DNA of 64,000 bases from positions 99,381,112 through 99,445,111 of the forward strand of contig NC_057718.1 of assembly GCF_004010195.1 (NCBI RefSeq), read 5' to 3'. Positions within the stretch are counted from its first letter, which is position 1, and each line of letters begins with the position of its first letter. Made by a program: the position numbers and the translations under genes. The notes beneath the pieces were generated by a model. It did not search any database and had not been told where the DNA came from. It was given only the letters and a program-made list of their open reading frames with translations. This DNA comes from Chiloscyllium plagiosum. Lineage: Eukaryota. This document shows, one piece after another, positions 50,100-62,159 of this stretch.

Positions 50100-50860
50100 A
50101 AACATAGAATATAGAACATTACAGCACAGGAATGAGCCCTTCGGCCCAAAATGCTGTGCCGAATGTGATGCCAAATTAAACTAATCCCTGCTACCTCTCC
50201 TTGACCTGTACCCCTCCATTCCTTGCATGTCCATGTGCTTATTTAAAGCTGCGTAGACCCCCCTATCGTGTCTGTCTCCACCTCCACCCCTTGGCAGTGC
50301 ATTCCACCCCTCTTACCACTCTCTGTGTAACAAAATCCACCCTCGCCTTTAAACTTTGCCCCTCTCACCTTAAATGCATGCCTCCTAGTTTTAGATATTT
50401 CAACTTTGGGAAAAAGATTCTGACCATCAACCCTATCTATGCATCTCATGTTTTTATAGACTTCTATCAAGTCTCCCCTCAGCCTCTGCCGCTTCAGTGA
50501 AAACAAGCCGAGTTTTTCTAGCCTTCCCTGTAGCTCATACCCTCTAATCCAGGCAGCATCCTGATAAACCTCTTCTGCACCCTCTCCCAAGCCTCCACAC
50601 CCTTCCTGTAATGTGACGATCAGAATTGAATGCAATACTCTAAGTACAGGCTAACCAAAGTCTTATAAAGCTGCAGCATGACACCCTGACTCTTGTCTAG
50701 ATTAGAGTGGTGCTGGAAAAGCACAGCAGGTCAGGCAACATCCGAGGAGCAGGAGAATCGACGTTTCGGGCAAAAGCCCTTCTCTTCACCACCCTATCTA
50801 CTTGTGCGCCAACTTTCAGGGAGCTATGGGCTTGAAACCCAAGATCCCTGGCTACATTAA
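50100..50860 (-). mobile_element. CR1 LINE 3' fragment with a PLE family A half-arm at 50695-50781
   Basis: RLEKLGLFSLKRQRLRGDLIEVYK motif. Confidence 0.88.
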
Positions 50861-51601
50861 ACATCAAATGACAAACTCAATATTAAAACAATTTTGCGGA
50901 AACTTACATGAACACCATTTTTTCTTTATCTAGTCTCAGTAATATCATTGATTATTGCAAAAACTCATCTTGTTCACTAATGTCCTTTCGGGTGAGAAAT
51001 CGGGCATCCTTACCTGGTCAGGTCTACATGTGACTCCAGACCCACAACAATGGGGTTGACTGTTAACAGCCCTCTGACATGGCCACTCATTTCAAAGTCA
51101 ATTCAGAAATAGGCAATGAATGACATCCACATCCCTCGAAAGAATAAAGAACAAATATCTGAGCAACAATGTGAAATGATTATAATAAATGTCTGAACTC
51201 AGGGTTGCTTATTTGGCCCTCCTCTCCCATTAGTTCAGTTGGTTGGATGGCTGGCTGACAATGTGGAGCCATGCCCACAATCTGGCTCCAATTCCTGTAA
51301 CTGGCTCAGGTCAGCATTAACATCCTGCTCCTCACCTGAGGGACCCTCGGTTTAGATTCGTCATCCATTCTCCCTCTTACTGTTGAGAAAGCACCCACAG
51401 TCCCCTGGGAATACAGCAACCTCCACTTCAAATCTCCCATGTTTGGAAAAATGGCTTCAATTGATTCAAGCAAGTGATTTTTTTTAAATTACTTTTAGAA
51501 TGCATGTCACAATGTAAAGATCCACCCTGACATTCTCAGTTTAGAGATGTTGCTCTCTCTCAACCTACTTGCTAAATAAAGCTACAACAAATCAGTCACT
51601 C

Positions 51602-52010
51602 ACAGAATCCATACAATGTGGAAGCAGGCTACTCGACACATAAGCTCCGCTCCACACCAACACTCCAAAGAGCATTGCACCCAGACCAAACCCCTTACCC
51701 TATCTCTGCATTTCCCATGGCTAACCCACATATCCCAGGACACTATGGGGCAAATTAGCATGGCCAATTCACCTGACCTGCACAGCTTTGGCCTGTGGAA
51801 GGAAACCGGAGCACCCGGAGGAAACCCAGACAATGTGCAAACTCCACACAGACGGTTGCCCATCGAAGGGCTCATGCCCGAAATGTCGATTCTCCTGCTC
51901 CTTGGATGCTGCCTGATCTGCTGCGCTTTTCCAGCAACACATTTTCAGCTCTGGATTCGAACCCTGGTCCTGTGAGGCAGTAGTGCTAACCATTGAGCCA
52001 CTGTGCCACC
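51602..52010 (-). mobile_element. HE1-type SINE containing a PLE family A arm (51865-51951, +)
   Basis: SINE body interrupted by GAAGGGCTCATGCCCGAAATGTCGATTCTCC...CATTTTCAGCTCT. Confidence 0.88.
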
Positions 52011-52555
52011 TGCATGCATGCTCTGATTGTTTTCATTTCTGTGTTGCCAATATGGCATTTATAAACTTGTTATTTTTGAGTCTGTCTCTTTAATTTCTGT
52101 AAAAATGGAGGAATAAAGTGGGTCATGTGACCTGTTTGAAATCCTACCTGACAACAGACTTGGTTCACCTGTAAATGAAAACTTGAAAAGGAAAATAGAT
52201 TGTTTTATTGGGAAGAAGCTTCAAGATATTCACATCTATTGACAATAGGAAGTGCAAGTACACTGACTCTGGGTATAATATTGGCCCTCAAGCCCCATAT
52301 AAACAGTTATATTTTAAACTAGTTTTTCATAGACAGGATGGAATTGTGTGTTTAAAGGAGAGCTCATTAGCATTTCCAGATGGATGCATGGCCCACATGA
52401 TTCACATGACAGTGGACTTTAGGAGGAAATAGTCACTGGGAAGCAAGTTGAGGATTGAATTGCAGGCTCACACGAGATATAGCTGACCTTCAGACTCAAT
52501 CATTGCACAAGAATATGAAACAGCGAATTAGAAAGATGAAGGCAGCCAACACGTG

Positions 52556-52915
52556 GCACTGCTGCCTCACAGCACCAGGGACCTGGGTTCGATTCCAGCT
52601 TTGGGTGACTGTCTGTGTGGAGTTTGCACATTCTTCCTGCATCTGTGTGGGTTTGCTCCAGGTGCTCTGGTTTCCTCCCACAATCCAAAAATGTGCAGGT
52701 TAGTTGAATTGGCCATGCTAAATTGTTCATAGTGTTAGGGTGCTCCGGTTTCCTCCCACAGTCGAAAGATGTGCAGGTCAGGTGAATTGGTCATGTTAAA
52801 TTCCCCATAGAGTTAGATGCATTAGTTAGGGGGAATGGATCTGGGTGGGTTACTCTTCGGAGGGTCAGTGTGGACTTATTGGACCGAAGGGCCTGTTTCC
52901 ACACTGTAGGGAATG
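52556..52915 (+). mobile_element. HE1-type SINE with an internal duplication
   Basis: The GGTTTCCTCCCACA...TGTGCAGGT block occurs twice. Confidence 0.88.
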
Positions 52916-53745
52916 AAATGAAATGTGATGTTCATCATCTAAAACCCAAGCGAAAGCTCTTACTCTGAAGAGTCCAAGTTTGTGAGGAATCAAATGAGGT
53001 TGGAGGATTTACCTAACTTTGATTGGGGAAAATATCTCCAGGGTAACTCACAACACGAAAGTCAGTTTGGGGATTCGAAACTGTCTGGAAAAGTATGAAG
53101 GAAGTAACCACTATGAGCTGAAAATAGTTTGGGGCAAGTTCTTGAAGAATGAAATGTTCACTTAAGGCAAATGTGATTACTTTCTAAACCTTGGCAGGCT
53201 TTATGGGCACTGTAACAGCAGAAGACATCTTTATGCTTTGCAAACCAAAGATTACATTTCAAGTGCTTTCAAATATTTCTGGTCAATTATATTGTCAGCA
53301 ATTTTCCGTTGGACAGTGTGTATTTTATGAACACAATACTGGGTGTGTATGGCCAGTCATAACCTCAACCATAAAACCTTTACTGATGTTGCAGACACCT
53401 GTTCTTTTAAAGATAAAACTATCCCTTTTCATCCTTCCTGACTTGTTTGCAACCTTTAATACATTTGATGCTACTAATCAACCCATTCAGACGGCTTCAA
53501 CAAATTTCTGAGACTTGAACTGAGCCCTCCTAGCTTATAGGTAGGGACACTACCACTAGGCCACCAGAGCTCTCAAGTCTTCAGGTGCCTGTCAATCTGG
53601 GCTGGATTAAGGTTTAGGCTTCATAATGGAACATTAGTGGAAACTATTGCTGCCAATATTACAAACTCACAAAGTGCTATCGTCCTTGTGTCTCAACATT
53701 TTGTTTTTGGTTTCCTCACTCCCCCATCAATAGCACAATGTTGTA

Positions 53746-54040
53746 AGGGGTATTGGTGTTATCACTAGACTATCAATCCAGAAATTCAGGTAATACCTGG
53801 GACACAGGTTCAAATCCTACCATGGCAGATGTTGGAATTTGAATTCAATCATAAACTGGAATTAAGAGTCTAATGATGACCGTGCATTGATCATCATGAG
53901 AAGCCCCTCTGGTCCACCAAACCCCTCCAGGGAAAGAAGTCTGCTGGACTAGCCTCCATGTGACTCCAGACCCACTGCAATGTGAGTTACTCTCAACTGC
54001 CCTCTGGGCAATAAATGCTGGTCTGTGAATTGAATATTAA
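53746..54040 (+). mobile_element. Second tRNA-derived SINE family (related pieces at 59060-59350 minus, 50945-51135, 28760-28985)
   Basis: GGTTCAAATCC B-box, shared TGTGACTCCAGACCCAC block, tail GGGCAATAAATGCTGG shared with the LINE tails at 16290 and 40030. Confidence 0.65.
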
Positions 54041-54887
54041 AAATAAAAGCTACCCTTCAGAGTCTAATTTGTGGCCTCTCCGATATTTGTCAGGCTTCTG
54101 AATACTGTAGAAACTGGAAAAAATCACCCAGTTCCAGGTGTACTGTTTCATTACATCCCATTGATTCAGCAGCAGCCGAGTTAGTCACATTTGGCACGTT
54201 GGCTAATGTCAGAGCTTCCTACAGTTTGATCATGTTTCCTTTATGAAAAATCACAGCTGAGGCAACCACAATATTTACCACATTAACGCTCGTATATTTC
54301 ACAATGATTGGACCGTAAATCCCACAGGAAGAACAGAAAGTGGGATGACACAGAACCATTTATCCTGTTTCAATTTACCAGGACATCGATTGGGAAAGGG
54401 CAGAGGCACATTTTGGCCTCGATCTTCCGAATTGTGGGAGAGGCTTCGAACCCAACCTCATCATTGATGCTCCTTGGAATACTTAGGATGTTCTTTCATA
54501 CGCACATCCTTGATAATTATGCGGGAATTTTGAAGTTCCGATTGGTTAGTCTTGCCCTGCCCGGATTGATGTGTGATTTCTGCGAATGTGGGATCTCATG
54601 GCCAGATGTAGGCCGATGGATCCTGGTTGATGTGTAACAGCTTTTCATCGCAGGAATTAAAGTAGCAGAATTCATGCTGAAGGTGCTACAGCAACCCCCC
54701 CTCCCCACCCACTCCTGATGACAAACAGCACCCACTAACCCCACGCCAACATCGCTGGGATATTGCTCCCCCCCAGCGTTCACACTCCCTCACCTCCCAA
54801 TGTGTTATATATTCACACACCCTGAACAGAAACCCACGGACAATGTTACCCACCACTCCTCCTGCTCCCCCAGACAATGGTCACTTA

Positions 54888-55206
54888 CCCTGGGGGAGTC
54901 CAGAACGAGAGGGCACAGGTTTAGGGTGAGAGGGAAAAAATATAAAAGGGACCTAAAGGGCAACTTCTTCACACAGAGAGTGGTGCGTGTATGGAATGAG
55001 CTGCCAGAGGAGGTGGTGGGGGAGGCTGGTACAATTATAGCATTTAAAAGGCATCTGGATGGGTATATGAATAAGAAGGGTTGAGAGGGATATGGGCCCA
55101 AGAGCTGGCAAATGAGACTAGATTGGATTGGGATATCTGGTTAGCACGGGTGGGTTAGACCGAAGGGTCTGTTTCTGTGCTGTACATCTCCATGACTCTA
55201 TGACTC
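54888..55206 (+). mobile_element. CR1 LINE 3' end
   Basis: GESRTRGHRFRVRG...FFTQRVVRVWNELPEE; (CTATGACT)n tail. Confidence 0.92.
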
Positions 55207-56356
55207 TGTTGCCCCCCCACCCCAACTCATTTCCCAACACTGTCCCAGTTAGACAGCCTTTGAGAGCCTTTCAGTCTCTATGGCTCTATGGTCAGCGTGG
55301 ACAAGTTGAACCGAAGGGTCTGCCGCTCCGGCTGAGTGTTTCCAGCATCTTTCATTCTGCTTTTCTTTTGGACAATCCTCTTCCCAATTAATTAAGCTGT
55401 GGTCTGGATGGACGCTGTTTGACTTGACCAGCTATTTCAGGATGTGGCACCATTGCAAGTCAGAAGGAGGACAGCACCTACTTTGGGTGGGTTAATCCCA
55501 TGTCCCATCTCAGTGCACATAAAGGATTCCACAACATTATTCTGAAGAGGGACAGAGCTGCTATTCAAATGGCGTCCTGGTCAATATTTGCCTCTCCATT
55601 TCCAGCATTTAACACAGCTTATACCACATTGCTGTGTGTGAGAGCTTGCTGTGTTCAACATAACTTCTGCATTTCCTAAATTATGACTGAGACTTTCCCA
55701 TGTCTGGAGATGCTGAAAGATACTCTACAAAAGCAAGGCTTGCCTTGTCACCCAGGGTCAGACTGTGAACTTCCATTGGATTGGTCCACACTTCTGGGTC
55801 AAATGGCACACTTGCCTTTATTGGTCAGTGCACTGAGCATAGGAGTTTAGATTAGATTACTTACAGTGTGGAAACAGGCCCTTCGGTCCAACATGTCCAC
55901 ACCGACCCGCTGAAGCGCAACCCACCCACATCCCTACATTTACCCCGTCACCTAACACTACGGGCAATTTAGCATGGCCAATTCACCAGTTGGGAGGTCA
56001 TGTTGCAGCTGTTCAGGACATTGATTAGGCCACTTTTAGAATACTGTCTTCAATTTTGGTCTCCCTGCTATAGAAAAAAATTTGCTAAACTTGAAAGAGT
56101 TCAGAAAAGATTTACAAGGATGTTGCCAGGGTTGGAGGGTGTGAGCTACAGGGAGAGGTTGAATAGGCTGGGGCTGTTTTCCCTGGAGTGTTGGAGGCTG
56201 AGGGGTGACCTTTTAAAGGTTTATAAAATCATGAGGGGCATGGATAGGGTAAATAGACAAAGTCCTTTTCCTATGATAATGATCCAAAACTAGAGGGCAT
56301 AGGTTTAAGGTGAGAGGGGAAAGATTTAAAAGCGACCTAAGGCGCAACTTTTTCAC

Positions 56357-56558
56357 GGAGAAAGTGAGGTCTGCAGATGCTGGAGATCAAAGTTGAAACT
56401 TTATTGCTGGAACAGCACAGCAGGTCAGGCAGCATCCAGGGAACAGGAGATTCGACGTTTCGGGCACAGGCCCTTGAAGAAGGGCCTGTGCCCGAAACGT
56501 CGAATCTCCTGTTCCCTGGATGCTGCCTGACCTGCTGTGCTGTTCCAGCAATAAAGTT
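56357..56558. mobile_element. Young palindromic PLE family A insertion
   Basis: 13-bp TSD GCAACTTTTTCAC (56344-56356, 56559-56571); identical to 4505-4708 except at the apex and the end. Confidence 0.92.
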
Positions 56559-56688
56559 GCAACTTTTTCACACAGAGGGTGGTGCGTGTGTGGAATGAGC
56601 TGCCAGAGGAAGTGGTGGAGGCTGGTACAATTACAACATTTAAAAGGCATCTGGATGGGTATCCACATCCATCAAAGTTTCACCTGCC

Positions 56689-57120
56689 CACACCTCCTCC
56701 CTCACCTCCATCCAAGGCCCCAAAGGAGCTTTCCACATCCATCAAAGTTTTACCTGCACATCCACTAATATCATTTATTGTATCCGTTGCTCCCGATGCG
56801 GTCTCCTCTACATTGGGGAGACTGGGCGCCTCCTAGCAGAGCACTTTAGGGAACATCTCCGGGATACCCGCACCAACCAACCACACCGCCCCGTGGCCCA
56901 ACATTTCAACTCCCCCTCCCACTCTGCCGAGGACATGGAGGTCCTGGGCCTCCTTCACCGCCGCTCCCTCACCACCCAACGCCTGGAGGAAGAACGCCAC
57001 ATCTTCCCCCTCGGAACACTTCAACCCCAGGGCATCAATGTGGACTTCAACAGTTTCCTCATTTCCCCTCCACCCACCTTACCCCAGTTCCAACCTGCCA
57101 GCTCAGCACTGTCCCCATGA
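56689..57120 (+). pseudogene. PLE GIY-YIG endonuclease domain, 5'-truncated (no start codon, no RT)
   Basis: My translation, in frame with track ORF 56893-57120; IIY...YIGETGR...R.H motif with an intervening CxxC. Confidence 0.88.
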
Positions 57121-57284
57121 CTTGTCCTACCTGCCTATCTCCTTTTCCACCTATCCACTCCACCCTCCTCTCTGACCTATCACCTTCATCCCCTCCCCCA
57201 CTCACCTATTGTACTCTATGCTACTTTCTCCCCACCCCCACCCTCCTCTCACTTATCTCTCCACCCTTCAGGCTCTCTGCCTGT

Positions 57285-57320
57285 ATTCCTGATGAAGGGC
57301 TTTTGCCCGAAACATCGATT
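57285..57320 (+). ncRNA. Minimal hammerhead ribozyme motif (PLE family A), one CpG-type decay
   Basis: AUUC-CUGAUGA-A-GGGC-UUUU-GCCC-GAAA-C-AUC-GAUU (GUC in sister copies). Confidence 0.7.
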
Positions 57321-59351
57321 TTACTGATCCTCGGATGCTGCCTGAACTGCTGTGCTCTTCCAGCACCACTAATCCAGAATCATTGAATAGGAAAGGTTTT
57401 GAGAGGTATGGGCCAAATGCTGAAAAATGGGACTAGATTAATTTCGGCGATAGGGTTGGCATTGATGAATTGGACTGAAGGGTCTGTTTCCTTGCTGTGC
57501 ATCACTATGACTCTAAACCTTGCGCTGATTTGGTGGATGGCAGATCCCAGGGGACTGACCCGCTCTTACCTCTGGCAATCAGGGTTATTGTGAAGATTTA
57601 CAGCTGGACAATCTGTCAGACTGTTGTGAAAGCATCTTTCGGAGACGATAACTCCTAAACTGGGATTTGAATCAGGATTGTCTGGCTCAGATGTGGGGCT
57701 TTTATTGTGCGATTTGATGCCACATTATGAGTCAAGATGGATGGTCAAGGAGAAGAGAATGTTTTCATGCTTGACTCCAAGACAACATTATTCATCGCAT
57801 GTTATTACAGGATACTACTACAGGTAGTCAGAGACGTATCAGGTTCTGACTTTCATTGGTAAGGATTCATCTAACATCTTTGTGTGTTCATAACCAGCTG
57901 CTCATGGGTGTTTTCCACAATGTGTTTATCTCCATCCATTTTGTGCTCTTTATACTCACTGATGTGCAGCTCCATGACATCTTCACGCGATTGCTCCCAG
58001 GACCAGGAGCCCTTACATAACGGTCAGGACACTACCCTCTGTGTCACAGGACTCACTACCCTTTAGACCCTGTACAAAGAATATGGAATGGAGGCATTTC
58101 TGATGATTTGATGGGGGTTTCAGAGTAGAATCCAACAGTGTCATCCTGACATGAATAAAGGAAGATAAGCAGGGACCACGCACTGACTCCTTCACCCTTT
58201 CGGATTTTGCAGCTTCAATCATGGCTGCTGTTCCATTCCTGTGATTTGTCTTCAAGTCTAGACGGCTAGAATTCCCTGCTTGAATTCCTGGGATGCTGCT
58301 CAGTTGGGACGGATCTTCATTTTCACTGATTCCACCCCACCCTTGATGTGTTTTGCTAAACCACGGGTTGCACACACGCATGTACACAAGTTCTGTCCAG
58401 CAAAGTGGCTGGAATTCCAATGTCCTCCAGGTATTGAGGATGCGAAATACCCAGCCCACCTTCTTCAGGGAGAACATGGAGCAGTCGGGAAGAGATGAAA
58501 AGTTTAATAACAGGGGGAAAAGAAAATAATCTTCTTGGCATTTTCTACCATTCTGCAGCCTTTTTAAACATGGAAATTGTAATGAGCGAGCACAACAGAC
58601 CACCATTTACAGAAGTTAAAGATCTGGTAGAATATGCTATCGCATCAAAATTCTGCACATCTGCCACGTTAATCATGTGATGTTTATGTATATATTTACA
58701 AAGGGAATACTGCTAATCTATTGTCAAGATAAAATGACTATTTTGCCTCACAGTAACTGTGGGTTCGTTCCTTTCCATTGGTGGCACCTACTAATTCACT
58801 CGAGCTGTCTGGGTGACTGTTTGAAGATAATAACCAAAGGCGTCATTTTGCTTTATGGCTATAATTAGGTCATATTATTCAGCAGATGCCTGGAGGGGAT
58901 GCATTTGGAGAGAATGTTACTGTCTGCGAGGATTATTGATAGCAGCAACGATAGTGTCTCAACAGAGTTTGAAGCAGATGATGAAAATGTCAAGGCAGCC
59001 TTAAAACGGGGTGTGAAACTTGACAGTCACTTTCCAGCACGGGCCAACGTCTTTCTGTAAACAGGGCGTGGGCATCGCTGGCAAGGCCAGCATCTTTTGC
59101 CCGTCCCTAATTGGCCAGAGTTGCTGGTGAGTGTGGAGGGTCAGACCAGGTAAGGATGGCAGATTGCCTTTTGCTGAACGACATTCCCGAACCAGATGGG
59201 ATTTCCCTGACAACTGACAACTGTTTTATGGCCATCATTAGATTCTTGGTTTCAGGTTTTTTAGAAACTGATTGCACCACTGGGCACGGTGGGATTTGAA
59301 CCCAGGTCCCCAGAGCATTACCTCGGTGTCTGGATTAATAGTCTAGCGATA

Positions 59352-59535
59352 ATCCAAAAGTGTGCAGGTCAGGTGAATTGACCATGCTAAATTGCCCACA
59401 GTGTTAGGTGCATTAGTCAGGGGTAAATATAGGGTAGGGGAAGGGGTTTGGGTGGGTTTCTCTTCGGAGGGGCGGTGTGGACTTGTTGGGCCGAAGTGCC
59501 TGTTTCCACACTGTAGAGAATCTAATCTAATCTAA
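59352..59535 (+). mobile_element. HE1-type SINE 3' half
   Basis: Body, tail and (TCTAA)n. Confidence 0.88.
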
Positions 59536-60427
59536 TCATAATACCAAAGGGGCCATTTCCTCTCCAGAATCAGCCAAAGTCACAATCCCATCCTTTCATA
59601 GCCAAGATTGATCTGTATTCCAATTTTGTTGTCTTCCTGTTTCATTTTCATTCCCAGAATTTTGTTTTCTTTAAAACTCTTTGATCTCATTAAAACTAGT
59701 TGGGGAACTGGGCGGGGTGGTTAGCTTTCACCTCTAACACCTGGGTTTAAACCTTGCTGAAAATGTGCTGAACATCGCCCCTGAGTGCTGACCTCAGGGA
59801 TACTGTATGAAATAATTCTGCATGCAGACTCGCACAGTGTGAGATCAGTGTTACTGTCTGAGCTCTTTCAGACACTTTGACCAATCGGTTATAAACTTAC
59901 CAAGGTGTCTAGCGATACTTGACTGGTTAAATCACTGCAGACTCCAGTGGGAACCCGGGTCCCTGGCACTCTGAGGCACCATGCTGGCCTACTGCTTGGC
60001 TGTCTCCAGGAGGTCCAAGAGATTGATCTACAGGTAAGTGCCTGTTCTCAGACCTTTTTTGGATGGTTTCCTGGAACTTTCTATCACTCAGGTCAATCAG
60101 GGAGACTTGCTTAATAGTTCAAAACATTGTCAGTCATTTGGATGGCTCGCCGATGAGTGTGTCTTTGTGTAGCTGGGCCCGGGCGCGCCTTTCTGTCAGA
60201 TGTTTGGTTGAAAATGCATTCTTCCTTAGTTAGCTGATCCATTGTTGGGGGTATGTCTGTTTAGGATAACTGTTGATGAGATACCTCTTTTTTAATTATG
60301 CTAATGTCATTAGCACCTGACTGCTGCGTTTGCACAGTATCTAGCTTCTGGGTTTGTAGTTTGCAGAGCTTTACTTGGCCAATGTGTCCCATTCCCATAA
60401 TCCCTTGCTGTTTGGCCAAGTTGGCAG

Positions 60428-60720
60428 ATTAGAGATTAGATTAGATTCACTACAGTGTGGAAACAGGCCCTTCGGCCCAACCAGTCCACACTGACCGTCC
60501 GAAGAGTAACCCAACCAGACCCATCTCCCTCTGAGGAGAAGGTGAGGACTGCAGATGCTGGAGATGGGCTCATGCCCGAAACGTCGATTCTCCTGCTCCT
60601 TGGATGCTGCCTGACCTGCTGTGCTTTTCCAGCGACACATTTTCGGCTCATCTCCCTCTGACTAATGCACCTAACATTATGGGCAATTTAACCTGGCCAA
60701 TTCACCTGACCTGCACATCT
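60428..60720 (-). mobile_element. HE1 3' half containing a minimal PLE family A insert (60535-60648)
   Basis: 13-bp TSD CATCTCCCTCTGA; the insert is an antisense tail only, followed by a sense pLTR that starts at helix II. Confidence 0.88.
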
Positions 60721-60811
60721 TGTTTCTCATTAGACCACCAAGTCATGTTCCTCTCACACGAAGTAGGCCTTGGAGAATCTGACTAGGAAAGAAGATGGGA
60801 CCATTCCTCGT

Positions 60812-60944
60812 CCATTCCTGATGAAGGGCCTTTGCCTGAAACGTCGACTCTCCTGCTTCTCGGATGCTGCCTGACCTGCTGTGCTTTTCCAGCACCACTC
60901 TAATCTTGACTCTAAGCTCCAGCATCTGCAGTACCCACCTCTGC
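60812..60944 (+). mobile_element. PLE family A terminus with an intact hammerhead core (60818-60845)
   Basis: AUUC-CUGAUGA-A-GGGC-CUUU-GCCU-GAAA-C-GUC followed by pLTR and tail. Confidence 0.85.
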
Positions 60945-61015
60945 CAAGAGGATGAGGCCATAAATCCATCCCTTTCACCAAGGTGGGCTACGGCAAGGAT
61001 CCGTCATACAGTGAG

Positions 61016-61515
61016 NNNNNNNNNNNNNNNNNNNNNNNNNNNNNNNNNNNNNNNNNNNNNNNNNNNNNNNNNNNNNNNNNNNNNNNNNNNNNNNNNNNNN
61101 NNNNNNNNNNNNNNNNNNNNNNNNNNNNNNNNNNNNNNNNNNNNNNNNNNNNNNNNNNNNNNNNNNNNNNNNNNNNNNNNNNNNNNNNNNNNNNNNNNNN
61201 NNNNNNNNNNNNNNNNNNNNNNNNNNNNNNNNNNNNNNNNNNNNNNNNNNNNNNNNNNNNNNNNNNNNNNNNNNNNNNNNNNNNNNNNNNNNNNNNNNNN
61301 NNNNNNNNNNNNNNNNNNNNNNNNNNNNNNNNNNNNNNNNNNNNNNNNNNNNNNNNNNNNNNNNNNNNNNNNNNNNNNNNNNNNNNNNNNNNNNNNNNNN
61401 NNNNNNNNNNNNNNNNNNNNNNNNNNNNNNNNNNNNNNNNNNNNNNNNNNNNNNNNNNNNNNNNNNNNNNNNNNNNNNNNNNNNNNNNNNNNNNNNNNNN
61501 NNNNNNNNNNNNNNN
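61016..61515. other. Assembly gap (500 N)
   Basis: Run of N. Confidence 1.
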
Positions 61516-61844
61516 TTTGAGAAGGTTGACAGTCCAATGCAGCACATGCCAGCTCTTACTGTGTCGGTGTTTGGAGGAGTGGGTACTGGGATTGTCCCAC
61601 ACTTTCAGCACTCCCTCTGACCCCCTCAATGCCACCCCTGATCATTCCCATCAAAGTCTCTCCTTGTGTTTGGTACCTGCCTGAATGAACCTTCTCCACT
61701 CTGGTCAGATACAAAGCAGAGACCCCCCCATGTCTTATGGGAATGACTGACCCTATCAGGGACACTTTGAATCTTTTCTAAAGCATTCCCATTGTCCTGT
61801 TGGGAGTGTCCTGGGACCTGGTTCCAAGCAGGATAAAGATTCCA

Positions 61845-61976
61845 GCTCTGAGAAAGAGTCATCTAGACTGAAAACCTTGCTTGCTCACTCTCTCTCTGTA
61901 GATGCTGCCTGACATGGTGTGATCTCCAGCATTTGTTGTTTTCAGTACAGATTCCAGCCTCTGCAGTGACTTGCTC
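61845..61976 (+). mobile_element. Decayed PLE terminus (family F)
   Basis: CTGAGAAAGAGTCATCTAGACTGAAAAC (decayed core, helix AGTC/GACT), then GATGCTGCCTGAC...TTCCAGCCTCTGCAG. Confidence 0.5.
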
Positions 61977-62159
61977 TTAAGTGTTCCATCGGCTGTCTGG
62001 TGTCAGCGATGTTCACTGGGAATCTTACCATCCTCTCTAGTGTATCTGGTGTGCACTTACAAAGAGGTACTCACGTAGCCACATTTACCCACACGGGCTT
62101 GTGTACACACGCCCCACAATATACCCGTGGAACGGTCAAAATGTTAAGGCTATTTTTTA

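Larger units (their letters stand above)
56662..57381 (+). mobile_element. Penelope-like element (Neptune-type) 3' fragment: GIY-YIG endonuclease plus pLTR with hammerhead
   Basis: Open frame 56689-57120 FTCTSTNIIYCIRCSRCGLLYIGETGRLLAEHFREH...VAQHFNSPSHS...LGTLQPQGINVDF; then a pyrimidine-rich UTR and a hammerhead motif. Confidence 0.92.
55805..57515 (+). mobile_element. CR1 LINE 3' fragment interrupted by an HE1 tail (55846-55987), a PLE palindrome (56357-56558) and a PLE GIY-YIG fragment (56662-57381)
   Basis: MLQLFRTLIRPLLEYCLQFWSP; CR1 sequence resumes after each insert. Confidence 0.92.

Noticed and set aside
58013..58606. 197-aa minus-strand ORF (and EEGGLGI in an alternate frame)
   Set aside because: No recognisable domain, a non-ATG start, and the frame runs through a pyrimidine tract; the short motif alone is not enough to call a gene or a LINE.
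60864..61684. Long ORFs in the track
   Set aside because: Artefacts of translating through the 500-N gap.
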